DNA from: Escherichia coli
Lineage (GTDB): Bacteria > Pseudomonadota > Gammaproteobacteria > Enterobacterales > Enterobacteriaceae
Assembly (NCBI RefSeq): GCF_003018255.1
Contig: NZ_CP027440.1
Length of the DNA stretch: 64,000 bases
Reading direction: 5' to 3' (one strand)
How positions within the stretch are numbered: the first letter of the stretch is position 1; every line of letters begins with the position of its first letter. Of this stretch, positions 1-11,407 are shown piece after piece. Both the position numbers and the translations under genes were made by a program. The notes below the pieces were generated by a model. It worked only from the letters and a program-made list of their open reading frames with translations. It searched no databases and was not told the DNA's origin.

Positions 1-503
1 ATTTGCACCAGTACAAACAAGGTATTGAAGTTAGCGACCAGGTTGACGCTCTTCAGATTCGCGGCGGTTAAAATGGCAACGAAGGTTACCACCCACACCC
101 ACGGCGGCACTTCCGGGAAGAGGGCGGAGAGATAGATTTTCGCCAACAAAACGTTGATCATCGGCAAAAAGAGATAATCCAGCAGCGATGACCAGCCGAC
201 CATAAATCCGACGTGCGGGTTAATCGACTTTTGCGCGTAGGTATAGGCCGAACCGGCCTCCGGAAACTGGCGAACCAGTTTGCCGTAGCTGATAGCGGTA
301 AACAGCACGCCCGCCAGCGCCAGCAAATAGGACGCCGGAACGTGACCGTCGCTAATGCCGGAGACAATACCAAAAGTATCAAATACGGTCATCGGCGTGA
401 GATAGGCCAGACCCATCATCACCACCTGCCACAATTTCAGTGATTTTCGCAGACGGGTTTTGCCAGGTTGCGCAGCAATATTCAGTGGTGAATTAATAGC
501 CAT
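1..503 (-). CDS. puuP: Putrescine importer PuuP, N-terminal part only (about 167 codons); the 3' end lies beyond the window start
   Basis: Minus-strand frame open from the window edge to ATG at 503 (rc of cat 501-503); translation begins [41 protein letters not shown], matching recalled PuuP N-terminus; RBS-like ggagg upstream on minus strand. Confidence 0.85.
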
Positions 504-805
504 AATTGCTGCCTCCCCTGCGTAATAAGGTTTGCGGTCGTGTCGACCTGAAATCAAACCTGTTTAGCAAGGGAAGCAGAGGGGGCGGAGTCCAGTCAGT
601 CGCAGGAGGGGCGCATACGCAGCCTCCCTCGCCATGCGGGGATTTAATCATCGGCATCATCTCATTTCCTCGTCACAGTCTTAATCGTTAACGGAAGCCC
701 GTTGCCGCCTGCGCTCCATAACGCGACATCCGGGAAATGTCTGGATTACCAGCAAATGTCAGGCCTGGCTCCGCTCAGGCCGATGAAACAACCCCGCAAG
801 GGGTA

Positions 806-2224
806 TTACGCGTTTTTCAACATCCACTCAATTTCTGTTTCTGTGATGAGGCGCTCAAACTGCAACAGCTCATCATTTTTACAGGCGTGATAGACATGGC
901 AGAAGCGTTCGCCTAAATAGCGGCGCAGGTGATCATTCTCGATAAACTCACCCAGGGCATCGCTCTGGCGAATCGGGAAGGGTAAGCCTTCCTGTTCCAG
1001 CCCGTTACCTTCGACTTCTTCCTGTAATGGCAGTTCGTTATCAAGGCCATGCAAAATACCGGCAAAAATCGCCGCCATCACCAGATACGGGTTGGCATCG
1101 GCACCCGCCACGCGATATTCCACGCGGTGATTATGGCGATCGCCGCAGGGAATACGCAGGGCGACGGTGCGGTTGTTATGGCCCCACGACGCCTGCGTCG
1201 GTACATACATCCCCGGCTGGAAGCGGCGATACGAGTTCACGTTTGGTGCCAGCAACGCCATTGATGACGGCATCAGGTCAATCATCCCGGCGAGCATCTT
1301 TTTCAGCAGCGGCGAATCTTCGCCTTCCGCGTCAGAAAGCACGTTCTCGCCACGATTATTTTGCATACTGATATGGATATGCATCCCGCTGCCCGCGTGC
1401 TCTTCATACGGCTTCGCCATAAAAGTGGCGTGCATCTTATGCTTTTCTGCCATCAGACGCACCAGGCGTTTTAGTGCCAGCGCATCATCGCAAGCTTCCA
1501 GCACGTTATCGGTATGGTAAAGATTGATTTCAAACTGACCTGGCGAGGCCTCGGCGACCGCGCCATCTGCCGGAATCAGCTGTAACTGCGCCAGCTCATC
1601 AATATCATTGAGCACGTCGGCGAAGTGGTTGAGGTTATCAACGGAGTAAACCTGGCTTTGTGTATTGCGGTCATCGGTGCCGGGCGCGCAGGGCGGTTGC
1701 AGATATCCTTCAGCGTCGCGCTGGCGATCCAGTAAATAGAACTCCAGCTCTACCGCTACGACCGGGAACAATCCGCGCTGGCGCAGCTGCTGCCACAGGC
1801 GGTTAAGAACGTTCCGCGGCTCAACGTCAAAGGGAGCGCCATCTTCATCGACCATGGTCAGGAGCATCTGACCTATAAACTCTGGATCGGCGGCAGAAGG
1901 GGTTAAGGAACCGAGAACAGGAACACAGGTACGATCCGGCTCGCCCATTTCCTGACCCAGGCCCGCTTCTTCTACTACGTTGCCCAGAATATCCATTGCA
2001 AACACCGAGGCCGGGAAATAACACCCTTTCTCGAGCTTCTTCAGGCTTGAAACAGGAATACGTTTTCCACGGAAGCAACCATTCAAATCGGTAAGTAAAA
2101 CATCAACATATTGCGTATTCGGGTAGCGCTCCAGGTAGCGTTTCACTTCCTGCGTAAAGGCGCTACCCCGCCTCTCTTCTGACTGCTGAACAAAGTTCTC
2201 TACTTCAACGATATTGGTTTCCAT
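806..2224 (-). CDS. puuA: Gamma-glutamylputrescine synthetase (glutamine synthetase family)
   Basis: ORF track 806..2302(-); canonical start taken at internal METNIVEVENF (ATG at 2224), giving 472 aa as in K-12 PuuA. Confidence 0.9.
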   Translation of the reverse strand: METNIVEVENFVQQSEERRGSAFTQEVKRYLERYPNTQYVDVLLTDLNGCFRGKRIPVSSLKKLEKGCYFPASVFAMDILGNVVEEAGLGQEMGEPDRTCVPVLGSLTPSAADPEFIGQMLLTMVDEDGAPFDVEPRNVLNRLWQQLRQRGLFPVVAVELEFYLLDRQRDAEGYLQPPCAPGTDDRNTQSQVYSVDNLNHFADVLNDIDELAQLQLIPADGAVAEASPGQFEINLYHTDNVLEACDDALALKRLVRLMAEKHKMHATFMAKPYEEHAGSGMHIHISMQNNRGENVLSDAEGEDSPLLKKMLAGMIDLMPSSMALLAPNVNSYRRFQPGMYVPTQASWGHNNRTVALRIPCGDRHNHRVEYRVAGADANPYLVMAAIFAGILHGLDNELPLQEEVEGNGLEQEGLPFPIRQSDALGEFIENDHLRRYLGERFCHVYHACKNDELLQFERLITETEIEWMLKNA

Positions 2225-2435
2225 GATTCTTCGCCTTTGGTTTGTTTTCCGCTCGTTATCAAAGCGTAAAATATAATGACCACCATTCGAATCTGTATGC
2301 AAACTAAATGTTTGTCAAATGTTAAATTGAGTTTGCAAAAATGAAAATCCACTGCTAGATTGAAAAAATATTGAACATAAAGGTCATTTAAAGCGCAGTA
2401 ATGGCGATAATTTAGTCCACTTTGTGAGATTGAGC
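2225..2435. promoter_or_regulatory. Divergent puuA/puuP - puuD control region; AT-rich, expected to carry PuuR operators and divergent promoters
   Basis: 210-bp AT-rich intergenic space between divergent puuA and puuD; PuuR regulation is established for K-12; individual operator sites not resolved by eye. Confidence 0.45.
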
Positions 2436-3200
2436 ATGGAAAATATAATGAACAATCCGGTTATCGGTGTCGTAATGTGCAGGAACAGGCTTAAGGGTCA
2501 TGCGACCCAGACTCTGCAAGAAAAGTACCTGAATGCCATCATCCACGCAGGCGGCTTGCCAATTGCGCTGCCACATGCGCTGGCGGAACCGTCATTACTT
2601 GAACAACTTTTGCCGAAACTCGATGGTATTTATCTTCCTGGTAGTCCCAGCAATGTGCAGCCGCACCTATATGGTGAAAACGGCGATGAGCCTGACGCCG
2701 ATCCCGGGCGTGATCTTCTGAGCATGGCGTTAATTAATGCCGCACTCGAAAGGCGCATCCCCATTTTCGCCATCTGCCGGGGTTTACAGGAACTGGTGGT
2801 GGCAACCGGTGGTTCGTTGCATCGCAAGCTGTGCGAACAGCCTGAATTGCTGGAACATCGGGAAGATCCCGAACTGCCGGTGGAGCAGCAATATGCGCCG
2901 TCGCATGAAGTTCTGGTTGAAGAGGGGGGATTACTGTCTGCGTTGTTACCTGAATGTAGCAACTTTTGGGTAAACTCTCTGCATGGACAAGGGGCGAAGG
3001 TCGTTAGCCCACGGTTGCGTGTTGAAGCTCGCTCGCCGGATGGCTTAGTTGAGGCGGTTAGCGTCATCAATCATCCTTTTGCGCTGGGCGTACAGTGGCA
3101 CCCGGAATGGAACAGTAGCGAGTACGCGCTTTCGCGTATATTGTTCGAGGGCTTTATCACCGCTTGTCAGCACCATATCGCTGAAAAACAGCGACTCTGA
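2436..3200 (+). CDS. puuD: Gamma-glutamyl-gamma-aminobutyrate hydrolase
   Basis: ORF 2424..3200; ATG at 2436 gives MENIMNNPVIGVVMCRNRL, the recalled PuuD N-terminus (254 aa); class I glutamine amidotransferase-like. Confidence 0.9.
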   Translation: MENIMNNPVIGVVMCRNRLKGHATQTLQEKYLNAIIHAGGLPIALPHALAEPSLLEQLLPKLDGIYLPGSPSNVQPHLYGENGDEPDADPGRDLLSMALINAALERRIPIFAICRGLQELVVATGGSLHRKLCEQPELLEHREDPELPVEQQYAPSHEVLVEEGGLLSALLPECSNFWVNSLHGQGAKVVSPRLRVEARSPDGLVEAVSVINHPFALGVQWHPEWNSSEYALSRILFEGFITACQHHIAEKQRL

Positions 3201-3226
3201 CCACTACAGTTTAAGGAAATGCAAAT

Positions 3227-3784
3227 ATGAGTGATGAGGGACTGGCGCCAGGAAAACGCTTGTCGGAAATCCGCCAGCAGCAGGGGCTTTCACAACGTCG
3301 TGCCGCCGAACTCTCCGGGCTGACTCACAGTGCTATCAGTACGATAGAACAAGATAAAGTCAGCCCTGCCATCAGTACGCTGCAAAAGCTGCTGAAGGTG
3401 TATGGTCTGTCACTCTCGGAATTCTTTTCCGAGCCGGAAAAACCTGATGAGCCGCAGGTCGTCATTAATCAGGACGACTTAATTGAGATGGGCAGTCAGG
3501 GTGTGTCAATGAAGCTGGTTCATAACGGTAACCCGAATCGCACGCTGGCGATGATCTTTGAAACGTACCAGCCGGGCACAACCACTGGGGAAAGAATTAA
3601 GCATCAGGGTGAGGAAATAGGCACTGTACTGGAAGGTGAAATTGTTCTGACGATTAATGGTCAGGATTATCATCTCGTCGCGGGGCAAAGTTATGCCATT
3701 AATACCGGCATCCCGCACAGTTTCAGTAATACGTCGGCAGGTATTTGCCGAATTATCAGCGCCCATACGCCCACCACGTTTTAA
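3227..3784 (+). CDS. puuR: HTH-type transcriptional repressor PuuR (XRE HTH + cupin)
   Basis: 185-aa ORF; HTH segment LSQRRAAELSGLTHSAISTIEQ; synteny inside the puu cluster. Confidence 0.9.
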   Translation: MSDEGLAPGKRLSEIRQQQGLSQRRAAELSGLTHSAISTIEQDKVSPAISTLQKLLKVYGLSLSEFFSEPEKPDEPQVVINQDDLIEMGSQGVSMKLVHNGNPNRTLAMIFETYQPGTTTGERIKHQGEEIGTVLEGEIVLTINGQDYHLVAGQSYAINTGIPHSFSNTSAGICRIISAHTPTTF

Positions 3785-3933
3785 TCTTTTTGTTCTGTAA
3801 GCCGGGTAAGCGCAATGTGCCCGGCAATCCATAAAGAATGTCGCCAGAAATAAACGGGCATGCGGCCCGGGGATCTCTGCGCCCTGACGTTCACAAACTG
3901 CATATATCTGATAGACGTGAAACAGGAGTCATA

Positions 3934-5421
3934 ATGAATTTTCATCATCTGGCTTACTGGCAGGATAAAGCGTTAAGTCTCGCCATTGAAACCCGCTTAT
4001 TTATTAACGGTGAATATACTGCTGCGGCGGAAAATGAAACTTTTGAAACCGTTGATCCGGTCACCCAGGCACCGCTGGCGAATATTGCCCGCGGCAAGAG
4101 CGTCGATATTGACCGTGCGGTGAGCGCAGCACGCGGCGTGTTTGAACGTGGCGACTGGTCACTCTCTTCTCCGGCTAAGCGTAAAGCGGTGCTGAATAAA
4201 CTCGCCGATTTAATGGAAGCTAACGCTGAAGAACTGGCGCTGCTGGAAACGCTCGACACCGGCAAACCGATTCGTCACAGCCTGCGTGATGATATTCCCG
4301 GCGCGGCGCGCGCCATTCGCTGGTACGCCGAGGCTATCGACAAAGTGTATGGCGAAGTGGCGACCACCAGTAGCCATGAGCTGGCGATGATCATGCGTGA
4401 ACCGGTCGGCGTGATTGCCGCCATCGTGCCGTGGAACTTCCCGCTGCTGCTGACTTGCTGGAAACTCGGCCCGGCGCTGGCGGCGGGAAACAGCGTGATC
4501 CTAAAACCGTCTGAAAAATCACCGCTCAGTGCGATTCGTCTCGCGGGGCTGGCGAAAGAAGCGGGGCTGCCGGATGGTGTGTTGAACGTGGTGACGGGTT
4601 TTGGTCATGAAGCCGGGCAGGCGCTTTCGCGCCATAACGATATCGATGCCATTGCCTTTACTGGCTCAACCCGCACCGGGAAACAGCTGCTGAAGGACGC
4701 GGGCGACAGCAACATGAAACGCGTCTGGCTGGAAGCGGGCGGCAAAAGCGCCAACATCGTTTTCGCCGACTGCCCGGATTTGCAACAGGCGGCAAGCGCC
4801 ACCGCCGCAGGCATTTTCTACAACCAGGGCCAGGTGTGCATCGCCGGAACGCGTTTGTTGCTAGAAGAGAGCATCGCCGATGAATTCTTAGCCCTGTTAA
4901 AACAGCAGGCGCAAAACTGGCAGCCGGGCCATCCACTTGATCCCGCAACCACCATGGGCACCTTAATCGACTGCGCCCACGCCGACTCGGTCCATAGCTT
5001 TATTCGGGAAGGCGAAAGCAAAGGGCAACTGCTGCTGGATGGCCGTAACGCCGAGCTGGCTGCCGCCATCGGCCCGACGATCTTTGTGGATGTAGACCCG
5101 AATGCGTCCTTAAGCCGCGAAGAGATTTTCGGTCCGGTGCTGGTGGTCACGCGTTTCACATCAGAAGAACAGGCGCTACAGCTTGCCAACGACAGCCAGT
5201 ACGGACTTGGCGCGGCGGTATGGACGCGCGACCTCTCCCGCGCGCACCGCATGAGTCGCCGCCTGAAAGCCGGCTCCGTCTTCGTCAATAACTACAACGA
5301 CGGCGATATGACCGTGCCGTTTGGCGGCTATAAGCAGAGCGGCAACGGGCGCGACAAATCCCTGCATGCCCTTGAAAAATTCACCGAACTGAAAACCATC
5401 TGGATAAGCCTGGAGGCCTGA
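3934..5421 (+). CDS. puuC: Gamma-glutamyl-gamma-aminobutyraldehyde dehydrogenase (aldehyde dehydrogenase family)
   Basis: ORF 3838..5421; start set at ATG 3934 (MNFHHLAYWQDKALSLAIETRLFINGEY), 495 aa; ALDH motifs, catalytic Cys in QGQVCIAG. Confidence 0.9.
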   Translation: MNFHHLAYWQDKALSLAIETRLFINGEYTAAAENETFETVDPVTQAPLANIARGKSVDIDRAVSAARGVFERGDWSLSSPAKRKAVLNKLADLMEANAEELALLETLDTGKPIRHSLRDDIPGAARAIRWYAEAIDKVYGEVATTSSHELAMIMREPVGVIAAIVPWNFPLLLTCWKLGPALAAGNSVILKPSEKSPLSAIRLAGLAKEAGLPDGVLNVVTGFGHEAGQALSRHNDIDAIAFTGSTRTGKQLLKDAGDSNMKRVWLEAGGKSANIVFADCPDLQQAASATAAGIFYNQGQVCIAGTRLLLEESIADEFLALLKQQAQNWQPGHPLDPATTMGTLIDCAHADSVHSFIREGESKGQLLLDGRNAELAAAIGPTIFVDVDPNASLSREEIFGPVLVVTRFTSEEQALQLANDSQYGLGAAVWTRDLSRAHRMSRRLKAGSVFVNNYNDGDMTVPFGGYKQSGNGRDKSLHALEKFTELKTIWISLEA

Positions 5422-5422
5422 A

Positions 5423-6703
5423 ATGACCGAACATACCAGCAGTTACTACGCCGCCAGTGCGAATAAATACGCGCCATTCGACACGCTGAATGAGTCGATT
5501 TCCTGCGACGTTTGCGTGGTCGGTGGCGGCTATACCGGGCTGTCTTCCGCGCTGCATCTGGCGGAAGCGGGCTTTGACGTGGTGGTTCTTGAAGCCTCAC
5601 GCATCGGCTTCGGCGCAAGCGGACGCAACGGCGGGCAGCTTGTGAACTCCTACAGCCGCGACATCGACGTCATTGAAAAAAGCTACGGCATGGACACCGC
5701 CCGTATGCTCGGCAGCATGATGTTCGAAGGCGGCGAGATCATCCGCGAACGTATCAAACGTTATCAGATTGACTGCGACTACCGCCCCGGCGGCCTGTTT
5801 GTGGCGATGAATGATAAACAGCTCGCGACTCTGGAAGAGCAGAAAGAGAACTGGGAACGCTACGGCAATAAACAGCTGGAGCTGCTGGACGCCAACGCTA
5901 TTCGCCGCGAGGTCGCCAGCGATCGCTACACTGGTGCGCTTCTGGATCACAGCGGTGGGCATATTCATCCGCTAAACCTCGCCATTGGCGAAGCGGACGC
6001 CATCCGCCTGAACGGAGGGCGCGTGTATGAGCTTTCTGCCGTGACGCAGATCCAGCACACCACGCCAGCCGTGGTGCGGACTGCCAATGGTCAGGTGACG
6101 GCGAAGTATGTGATTGTCGCCGGGAATGCGTATCTGGGCGATAAAGTAGAGCCGGAACTAGCGAAACGCAGCATGCCGTGCGGCACGCAGGTGATCACCA
6201 CCGAGCGGCTGTCGGAAGATTTAGCTCGTTCGCTGATCCCGAAAAACTACTGTGTGGAAGACTGTAACTATCTTCTTGATTACTACCGTCTTACCGCCGA
6301 TAACCGCCTGTTGTACGGCGGCGGCGTGGTCTACGGCGCACGCGACCCGGACGATGTTGAGCGCCTTGTGGTGCCGAAACTGCTGAAAACCTTCCCGCAA
6401 CTGAAGGGCGTGAAAATTGATTACCGCTGGACGGGCAACTTCCTGCTGACCCTGTCACGCATGCCGCAGTTTGGTCGCCTCGATACCAACATCTACTACA
6501 TACAGGGCTACAGCGGCCACGGCGTCACCTGTACCCACCTCGCCGGGCGTTTGATTGCTGAACTGCTGCGCGGTGACGCCGAGCGTTTCGACGCCTTCGC
6601 CAATCTGCCGCATTACCCGTTCCCCGGCGGGCGCACGCTGCGCGTTCCGTTTACCGCGATGGGCGCGGCTTATTACAGCCTGCGCGATCGTCTGGGCGTT
6701 TAA
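5423..6703 (+). CDS. puuB: Gamma-glutamylputrescine oxidoreductase (FAD-dependent)
   Basis: 426-aa ORF with N-terminal FAD-binding GxGxxG (VCVVGGGYTGLSSAL); starts 1 bp after the puuC stop. Confidence 0.9.
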   Translation: MTEHTSSYYAASANKYAPFDTLNESISCDVCVVGGGYTGLSSALHLAEAGFDVVVLEASRIGFGASGRNGGQLVNSYSRDIDVIEKSYGMDTARMLGSMMFEGGEIIRERIKRYQIDCDYRPGGLFVAMNDKQLATLEEQKENWERYGNKQLELLDANAIRREVASDRYTGALLDHSGGHIHPLNLAIGEADAIRLNGGRVYELSAVTQIQHTTPAVVRTANGQVTAKYVIVAGNAYLGDKVEPELAKRSMPCGTQVITTERLSEDLARSLIPKNYCVEDCNYLLDYYRLTADNRLLYGGGVVYGARDPDDVERLVVPKLLKTFPQLKGVKIDYRWTGNFLLTLSRMPQFGRLDTNIYYIQGYSGHGVTCTHLAGRLIAELLRGDAERFDAFANLPHYPFPGGRTLRVPFTAMGAAYYSLRDRLGV

Positions 6704-6740
6704 TTTCCGATTAACAGTGAAGAGTCAAAAGGTGTGAAAC

Positions 6741-8006
6741 ATGAGCAACAATGAATTCCATCAGCGTCGTCTTTCTGCTACCCCACGCGGGGTTGGCGTG
6801 ATGTGTAACTTCTTCGCCCAGTCGGCAGAAAACGCCACGCTGAAGGATGTAGAGGGCAACGAATATATCGATTTCGCCGCAGGCATTGCGGTACTGAATA
6901 CCGGGCATCGCCACCCTGATCTGGTCGCGGCGGTGGAACAGCAATTGCAACAGTTTACCCACACGGCGTATCAGATTGTGCCGTACGAAAGCTACGTCAC
7001 GCTGGCGGAGAAAATTAACGCCCTTGCCCCGGTGAGCGGGCAGGCTAAAACTGCGTTCTTCACCACCGGTGCGGAAGCGGTGGAGAACGCGGTGAAAATC
7101 GCCCGCGCCCATACCGGACGCCCTGGCGTGATTGCGTTTAGCGGCGGCTTCCACGGTCGTACATATATGACCATGGCGCTGACCGGAAAGGTCGCGCCGT
7201 ACAAAATCGGCTTCGGCCCGTTCCCCGGTTCGGTATATCACGTACCTTATCCGTCAGATTTACACGGCATTTCAACGCAGGACTCCCTCGACGCCATCGA
7301 ACGCTTGTTTAAATCGGACATTGAAGCGAAGCAGGTGGCGGCGATTATTTTCGAACCGGTTCAGGGCGAAGGCGGTTTCAACGTTGCGCCAAAAGAGCTG
7401 GTTGCCGCCATTCGCCGCCTGTGCGACGAGCACGGCATTGTGATGATTGCCGATGAAGTGCAAAGCGGCTTTGCGCGTACCGGTAAAATGTTTGCCATGG
7501 ATCACTACGCCGATAAGCCGGACTTAATGACGATGGCGAAAAGCCTCGCAGGCGGGATGCCGCTTTCGGGCGTGGTCGGTAACGCGAATATTATGGACGC
7601 GCCCGCGCCGGGCGGGTTGGGTGGTACCTACGCCGGGAACCCGCTGGCGGTGGCTGCCGCGCACGCTGTGCTCAACATTATCGACAAAGAATCACTCTGT
7701 GAACGCGCGAATCAACTGGGCCAGCGCCTGACAAACACGTTGATTGATGCCAAAGAAAGCGTTCCGGCCATCGCGGCGGTACGCGGTCTGGGGTCTATGA
7801 TTGCGGCAGAGTTTAACGATCCGCAAACGGGCGAGCCGTCAGCGGCGATTGCACAGAAAATCCAGCAACGCGCGCTGGCGCAGGGGCTGCTTCTGCTGAC
7901 CTGTGGCGCATACGGCAACGTGATTCGTTTCCTGTATCCGCTGACCATCCCGGATGCGCAATTCGATGCGGCAATGAAAATTTTGCAGGATGCGCTGAAC
8001 GATTAA
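6741..8006 (+). CDS. puuE: 4-aminobutyrate aminotransferase (PLP-dependent class III aminotransferase)
   Basis: 421-aa ORF; class III aminotransferase features; synteny. Confidence 0.9.
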   Translation: MSNNEFHQRRLSATPRGVGVMCNFFAQSAENATLKDVEGNEYIDFAAGIAVLNTGHRHPDLVAAVEQQLQQFTHTAYQIVPYESYVTLAEKINALAPVSGQAKTAFFTTGAEAVENAVKIARAHTGRPGVIAFSGGFHGRTYMTMALTGKVAPYKIGFGPFPGSVYHVPYPSDLHGISTQDSLDAIERLFKSDIEAKQVAAIIFEPVQGEGGFNVAPKELVAAIRRLCDEHGIVMIADEVQSGFARTGKMFAMDHYADKPDLMTMAKSLAGGMPLSGVVGNANIMDAPAPGGLGGTYAGNPLAVAAAHAVLNIIDKESLCERANQLGQRLTNTLIDAKESVPAIAAVRGLGSMIAAEFNDPQTGEPSAAIAQKIQQRALAQGLLLLTCGAYGNVIRFLYPLTIPDAQFDAAMKILQDALND

Positions 8007-8017
8007 TAGCCCAACGC

Positions 8018-8112
8018 AATAATGTCTGATGCGCTGCGCTTATCAGGCCTGCAAACAACGTATTGATTATGTATGCCGGATAAGGCGTTCACGCCGCATC
8101 CGGCAAGTTGTA
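8018..8112. repeat. REP/BIME palindromic units between convergent puuE and pspF
   Basis: Two imperfect palindromes of the REP type: tgatgcgctgcgcttatcaggcctgc and atgccggataaggcgttcacgccgcatccggca. Confidence 0.6.
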
Positions 8113-8125
8113 TTGCCCAACTTCG

Positions 8126-9103
8126 CTAAATCTGGTGCTTTTTCAACAACGCGCGGAACTGATGATAGGTTAACCCCAGTAATTCAGCCGCGCGCTTCTG
8201 GTTATATTTCCCTTGTTGCAAACTGAGTTGCAGCAACTCTTTTTCCTGCTGCATCTGAAACTCACGTAAATCCAGCGGCAGTGTTGGAAGCGAGGTGATT
8301 TCTGAAACGGCGATAGCGTCTTCAGGCGGACGCCGTTTAAAGGGATCAATAATAATGTCATCAAGCGGATAATCGCTGGTGCCGTGGCGATATACTGAAC
8401 GTTCCACCACGTTTTTCAATTCACGAATATTTCCCGGCCAGCGATAATTCAGCAATGTTTCTCTGGCGCGCTCCGTAAACCCCGGGAACAGAGGCAGCTT
8501 GATTTCCCGACACATCTGGATGGCAAAGTGTTCTGCCATCAGCATAATGTCGCTTTCGCGCTCGCGCAGGGGTGGCAGTTGCACAACATCAAAAGCCAGC
8601 CGGTCGAGCAGGTCAGCGCGAAAAGTGCCTTCATTGACCATCGCCGGGAGATCGGCATTCGTCGCGCATACCAACCGCACATTCACCTGCAATGGCTGGC
8701 TACCGCCAACGCGCTCCAGTTCACCGTACTCAATCACACGCAATAATTTTTCCTGCACCATCATCGGTGCCGTAGCGAGTTCATCAAGAAATAGCGTACC
8801 GCCATCGGCACGTTCAAATCTCCCAGGATGACGTTTTTGCGCACCGGTAAACGCCCCCGCTTCGTGACCAAACAGTTCGGAATCCAGCAGATTTTCATTT
8901 AACGCCGCGCAGTTAAGGGAAATAAACGGCCCTTGCCAACGGGAGGAGAGATAATGCAGGCGGCTGGCAATCAACTCTTTACCGGTGCCGCGTTCGCCGA
9001 TGATGAGCACCGGTTTATCCAGTGGTGCGAGATGCGAAACCTGTTCCAGCACTTCGAGAAAGCTATTCGCCTCACCAAGTAAATTATCTTTGTATTCTGC
9101 CAT
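8126..9103 (-). CDS. pspF: Sigma-54-dependent transcriptional activator PspF (AAA+ enhancer-binding protein)
   Basis: ORF 8126..9118(-); start at MAEYKDNLLGEANSFLEV (ATG rc at 9101-9103), 325 aa; Walker A GERGTGKE; C-terminal HTH. Confidence 0.9.
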   Translation of the reverse strand: MAEYKDNLLGEANSFLEVLEQVSHLAPLDKPVLIIGERGTGKELIASRLHYLSSRWQGPFISLNCAALNENLLDSELFGHEAGAFTGAQKRHPGRFERADGGTLFLDELATAPMMVQEKLLRVIEYGELERVGGSQPLQVNVRLVCATNADLPAMVNEGTFRADLLDRLAFDVVQLPPLRERESDIMLMAEHFAIQMCREIKLPLFPGFTERARETLLNYRWPGNIRELKNVVERSVYRHGTSDYPLDDIIIDPFKRRPPEDAIAVSEITSLPTLPLDLREFQMQQEKELLQLSLQQGKYNQKRAAELLGLTYHQFRALLKKHQI

Positions 9104-9197
9104 GATGAAATTCGCCACTTGTTAGTGTAATTCGCTAATTCATCCTGGCATGTTGCTGTTGATTCTTCAATCAGATCTTTATAAATCAAAAAGATAA

Positions 9198-9938
<741 letters not shown>

Positions 9939-9991
9939 TAACATCCAGGCGGCGTCCGAACGCGCCGCCGCTCATCGTCTAAGGAGTCCTT

Positions 9992-10216
9992 ATGAGCGCG
10001 CTATTTCTGGCTATTCCGTTAACCATTTTTGTGCTGTTTGTTTTACCGATCTGGTTATGGCTGCATTACAGCAATCGTTCTGGTCGCAGTGAATTGTCGC
10101 AAAGTGAGCAGCAGCGATTAGCGCAACTGGCTGATGAAGCAAAACGGATGCGCGAACGTATTCAGGCGCTGGAATCCATTCTTGATGCAGAACATCCGAA
10201 CTGGAGGGATCGCTAA
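9992..10216 (+). CDS. pspB: Phage shock protein B
   Basis: 74-aa ORF with a single N-terminal TM helix; position after pspA. Confidence 0.9.
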   Translation: MSALFLAIPLTIFVLFVLPIWLWLHYSNRSGRSELSQSEQQRLAQLADEAKRMRERIQALESILDAEHPNWRDR

Positions 10217-10575
10217 TGGCGGGCATTAATCTCAATAAAAAATTATGGCGTATTCCACAGCAGGGCATGGTCCGTGGCGTCTGCGCCGGGATTGCCAACT
10301 ATTTTGATGTACCAGTAAAACTGGTGCGTATCCTGGTGGTGCTGTCGATTTTCTTCGGTCTGGCGCTGTTTACCCTGGTTGCTTACATCATTTTGTCATT
10401 TGCGCTTGATCCAGTGCCGGACAACATGGCCTTTGGTGAGCAGCTACCTTCCAGCAGTGAATTGCTGGATGAAGTCGACCGTGAACTGGCGGCAAGTGAA
10501 ACGCGTTTACGCGAGATGGAACGTTATGTCACTTCCGATACTTTCACGTTACGTAGCCGTTTCCGTCAACTGTGA
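10216..10575 (+). CDS. pspC: Phage shock protein C
   Basis: 119-aa ORF overlapping the pspB stop; TM helix plus leucine-zipper-like C-terminus. Confidence 0.9.
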
Positions 10576-10583
10576 GGAAAGTT

Positions 10584-10805
10584 ATGAATACTCGCTGGCA
10601 ACAGGCCGGGCAAAAGGTGAAGCCTGGTTTCAAATTAGCAGGCAAGCTGGTACTTCTTACCGCGCTGCGCTATGGCCCGGCGGGTGTAGCTGGCTGGGCG
10701 ATAAAATCAGTTGCTCGCCGACCACTGAAAATGTTGCTGGCTGTGGCGCTGGAACCGCTGTTAAGTCGGGCTGCCAATAAACTGGCGCAGCGTTATAAAA
10801 GGTGA
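10584..10805 (+). CDS. pspD: Phage shock protein D
   Basis: ORF 10572..10805; ATG at 10584 gives [22 protein letters not shown] (73 aa). Confidence 0.85.
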
Positions 10806-10879
10806 GGGGAGTTTCGCAAAAATTGTTAAAGCTAAGGCGTATTATGGATGGCAATTTTCATCCATAGAAGGACGCTTAC

Positions 10880-11194
10880 ATGTTTAAAAAAGGCTTACTT
10901 GCTCTGACACTGGTGTTTTCACTGCCCGTTTTCGCCGCTGAACACTGGATCGATGTTCGTGTTCCAGAGCAGTATCAGCAAGAGCACGTTCAGGGAGCCA
11001 TCAATATTCCTCTGAAGGAAGTGAAAGAGCGCATTGCCACCGCCGTTCCGGATAAAAACGACACCGTGAAAGTGTATTGCAATGCCGGACGCCAGTCAGG
11101 GCAGGCAAAAGAGATCCTTAGCGAGATGGGATATACCCACGTTGAGAACGCCGGCGGCCTGAAAGACATCGCAATGCCGAAGGTCAAAGGTTAA
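10880..11194 (+). CDS. pspE: Thiosulfate sulfurtransferase PspE (periplasmic rhodanese)
   Basis: 104-aa ORF with signal peptide and rhodanese active-site Cys (VYCNAGRQS). Confidence 0.9.
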   Translation: MFKKGLLALTLVFSLPVFAAEHWIDVRVPEQYQQEHVQGAINIPLKEVKERIATAVPDKNDTVKVYCNAGRQSGQAKEILSEMGYTHVENAGGLKDIAMPKVKG

Positions 11195-11207
11195 AAGAAT
11201 CCACCCT

Positions 11208-11238
11208 AAGCGGCGCTTATGCGCCGTTTACTTTTTCT
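11208..11238 (+). terminator. Rho-independent terminator after pspE
   Basis: GC hairpin aagcggcgc-ttat-gcgccgttt followed by a T-rich tract (ctttttct). Confidence 0.6.
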
Positions 11239-11407
11239 GTCACACCTTATTTACATCCCCATAGATTATTTGCGTCAGCTCACAAATACGCTTTTTCCCT
11301 GGTAAAAAATGATTTCCTGCGTGACTAAAACCCTTGTGCTCAATTGACAGTTTATTTTCTGCGGAGTAGTCTCTCGCTTCATGGGACCGCTACCACGGAA
11401 AGGCAAC

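Noticed and set aside
1027-1520. Antisense ORFs inside puuA (1027-1371, 1049-1264, 1167-1520), with similar cases inside puuC, pspF, ycjQ, tyrR and ycjX
   Set aside because: They overlap strongly supported genes on the opposite strand or in a shifted frame, have no recognisable domains, and are typical of high-GC coding regions.
806-2302. ORF-track N-terminal extensions (for example puuA 498 aa, puuC 527 aa, ycjM 568 aa, ycjX 492 aa, fnr 269 aa, dgcM 430 aa, mpaA 262 aa)
   Set aside because: The track reports the longest ORF including GTG/TTG starts; internal ATGs reproduce the well-known N-termini and lengths of the E. coli proteins, so the canonical starts were used.
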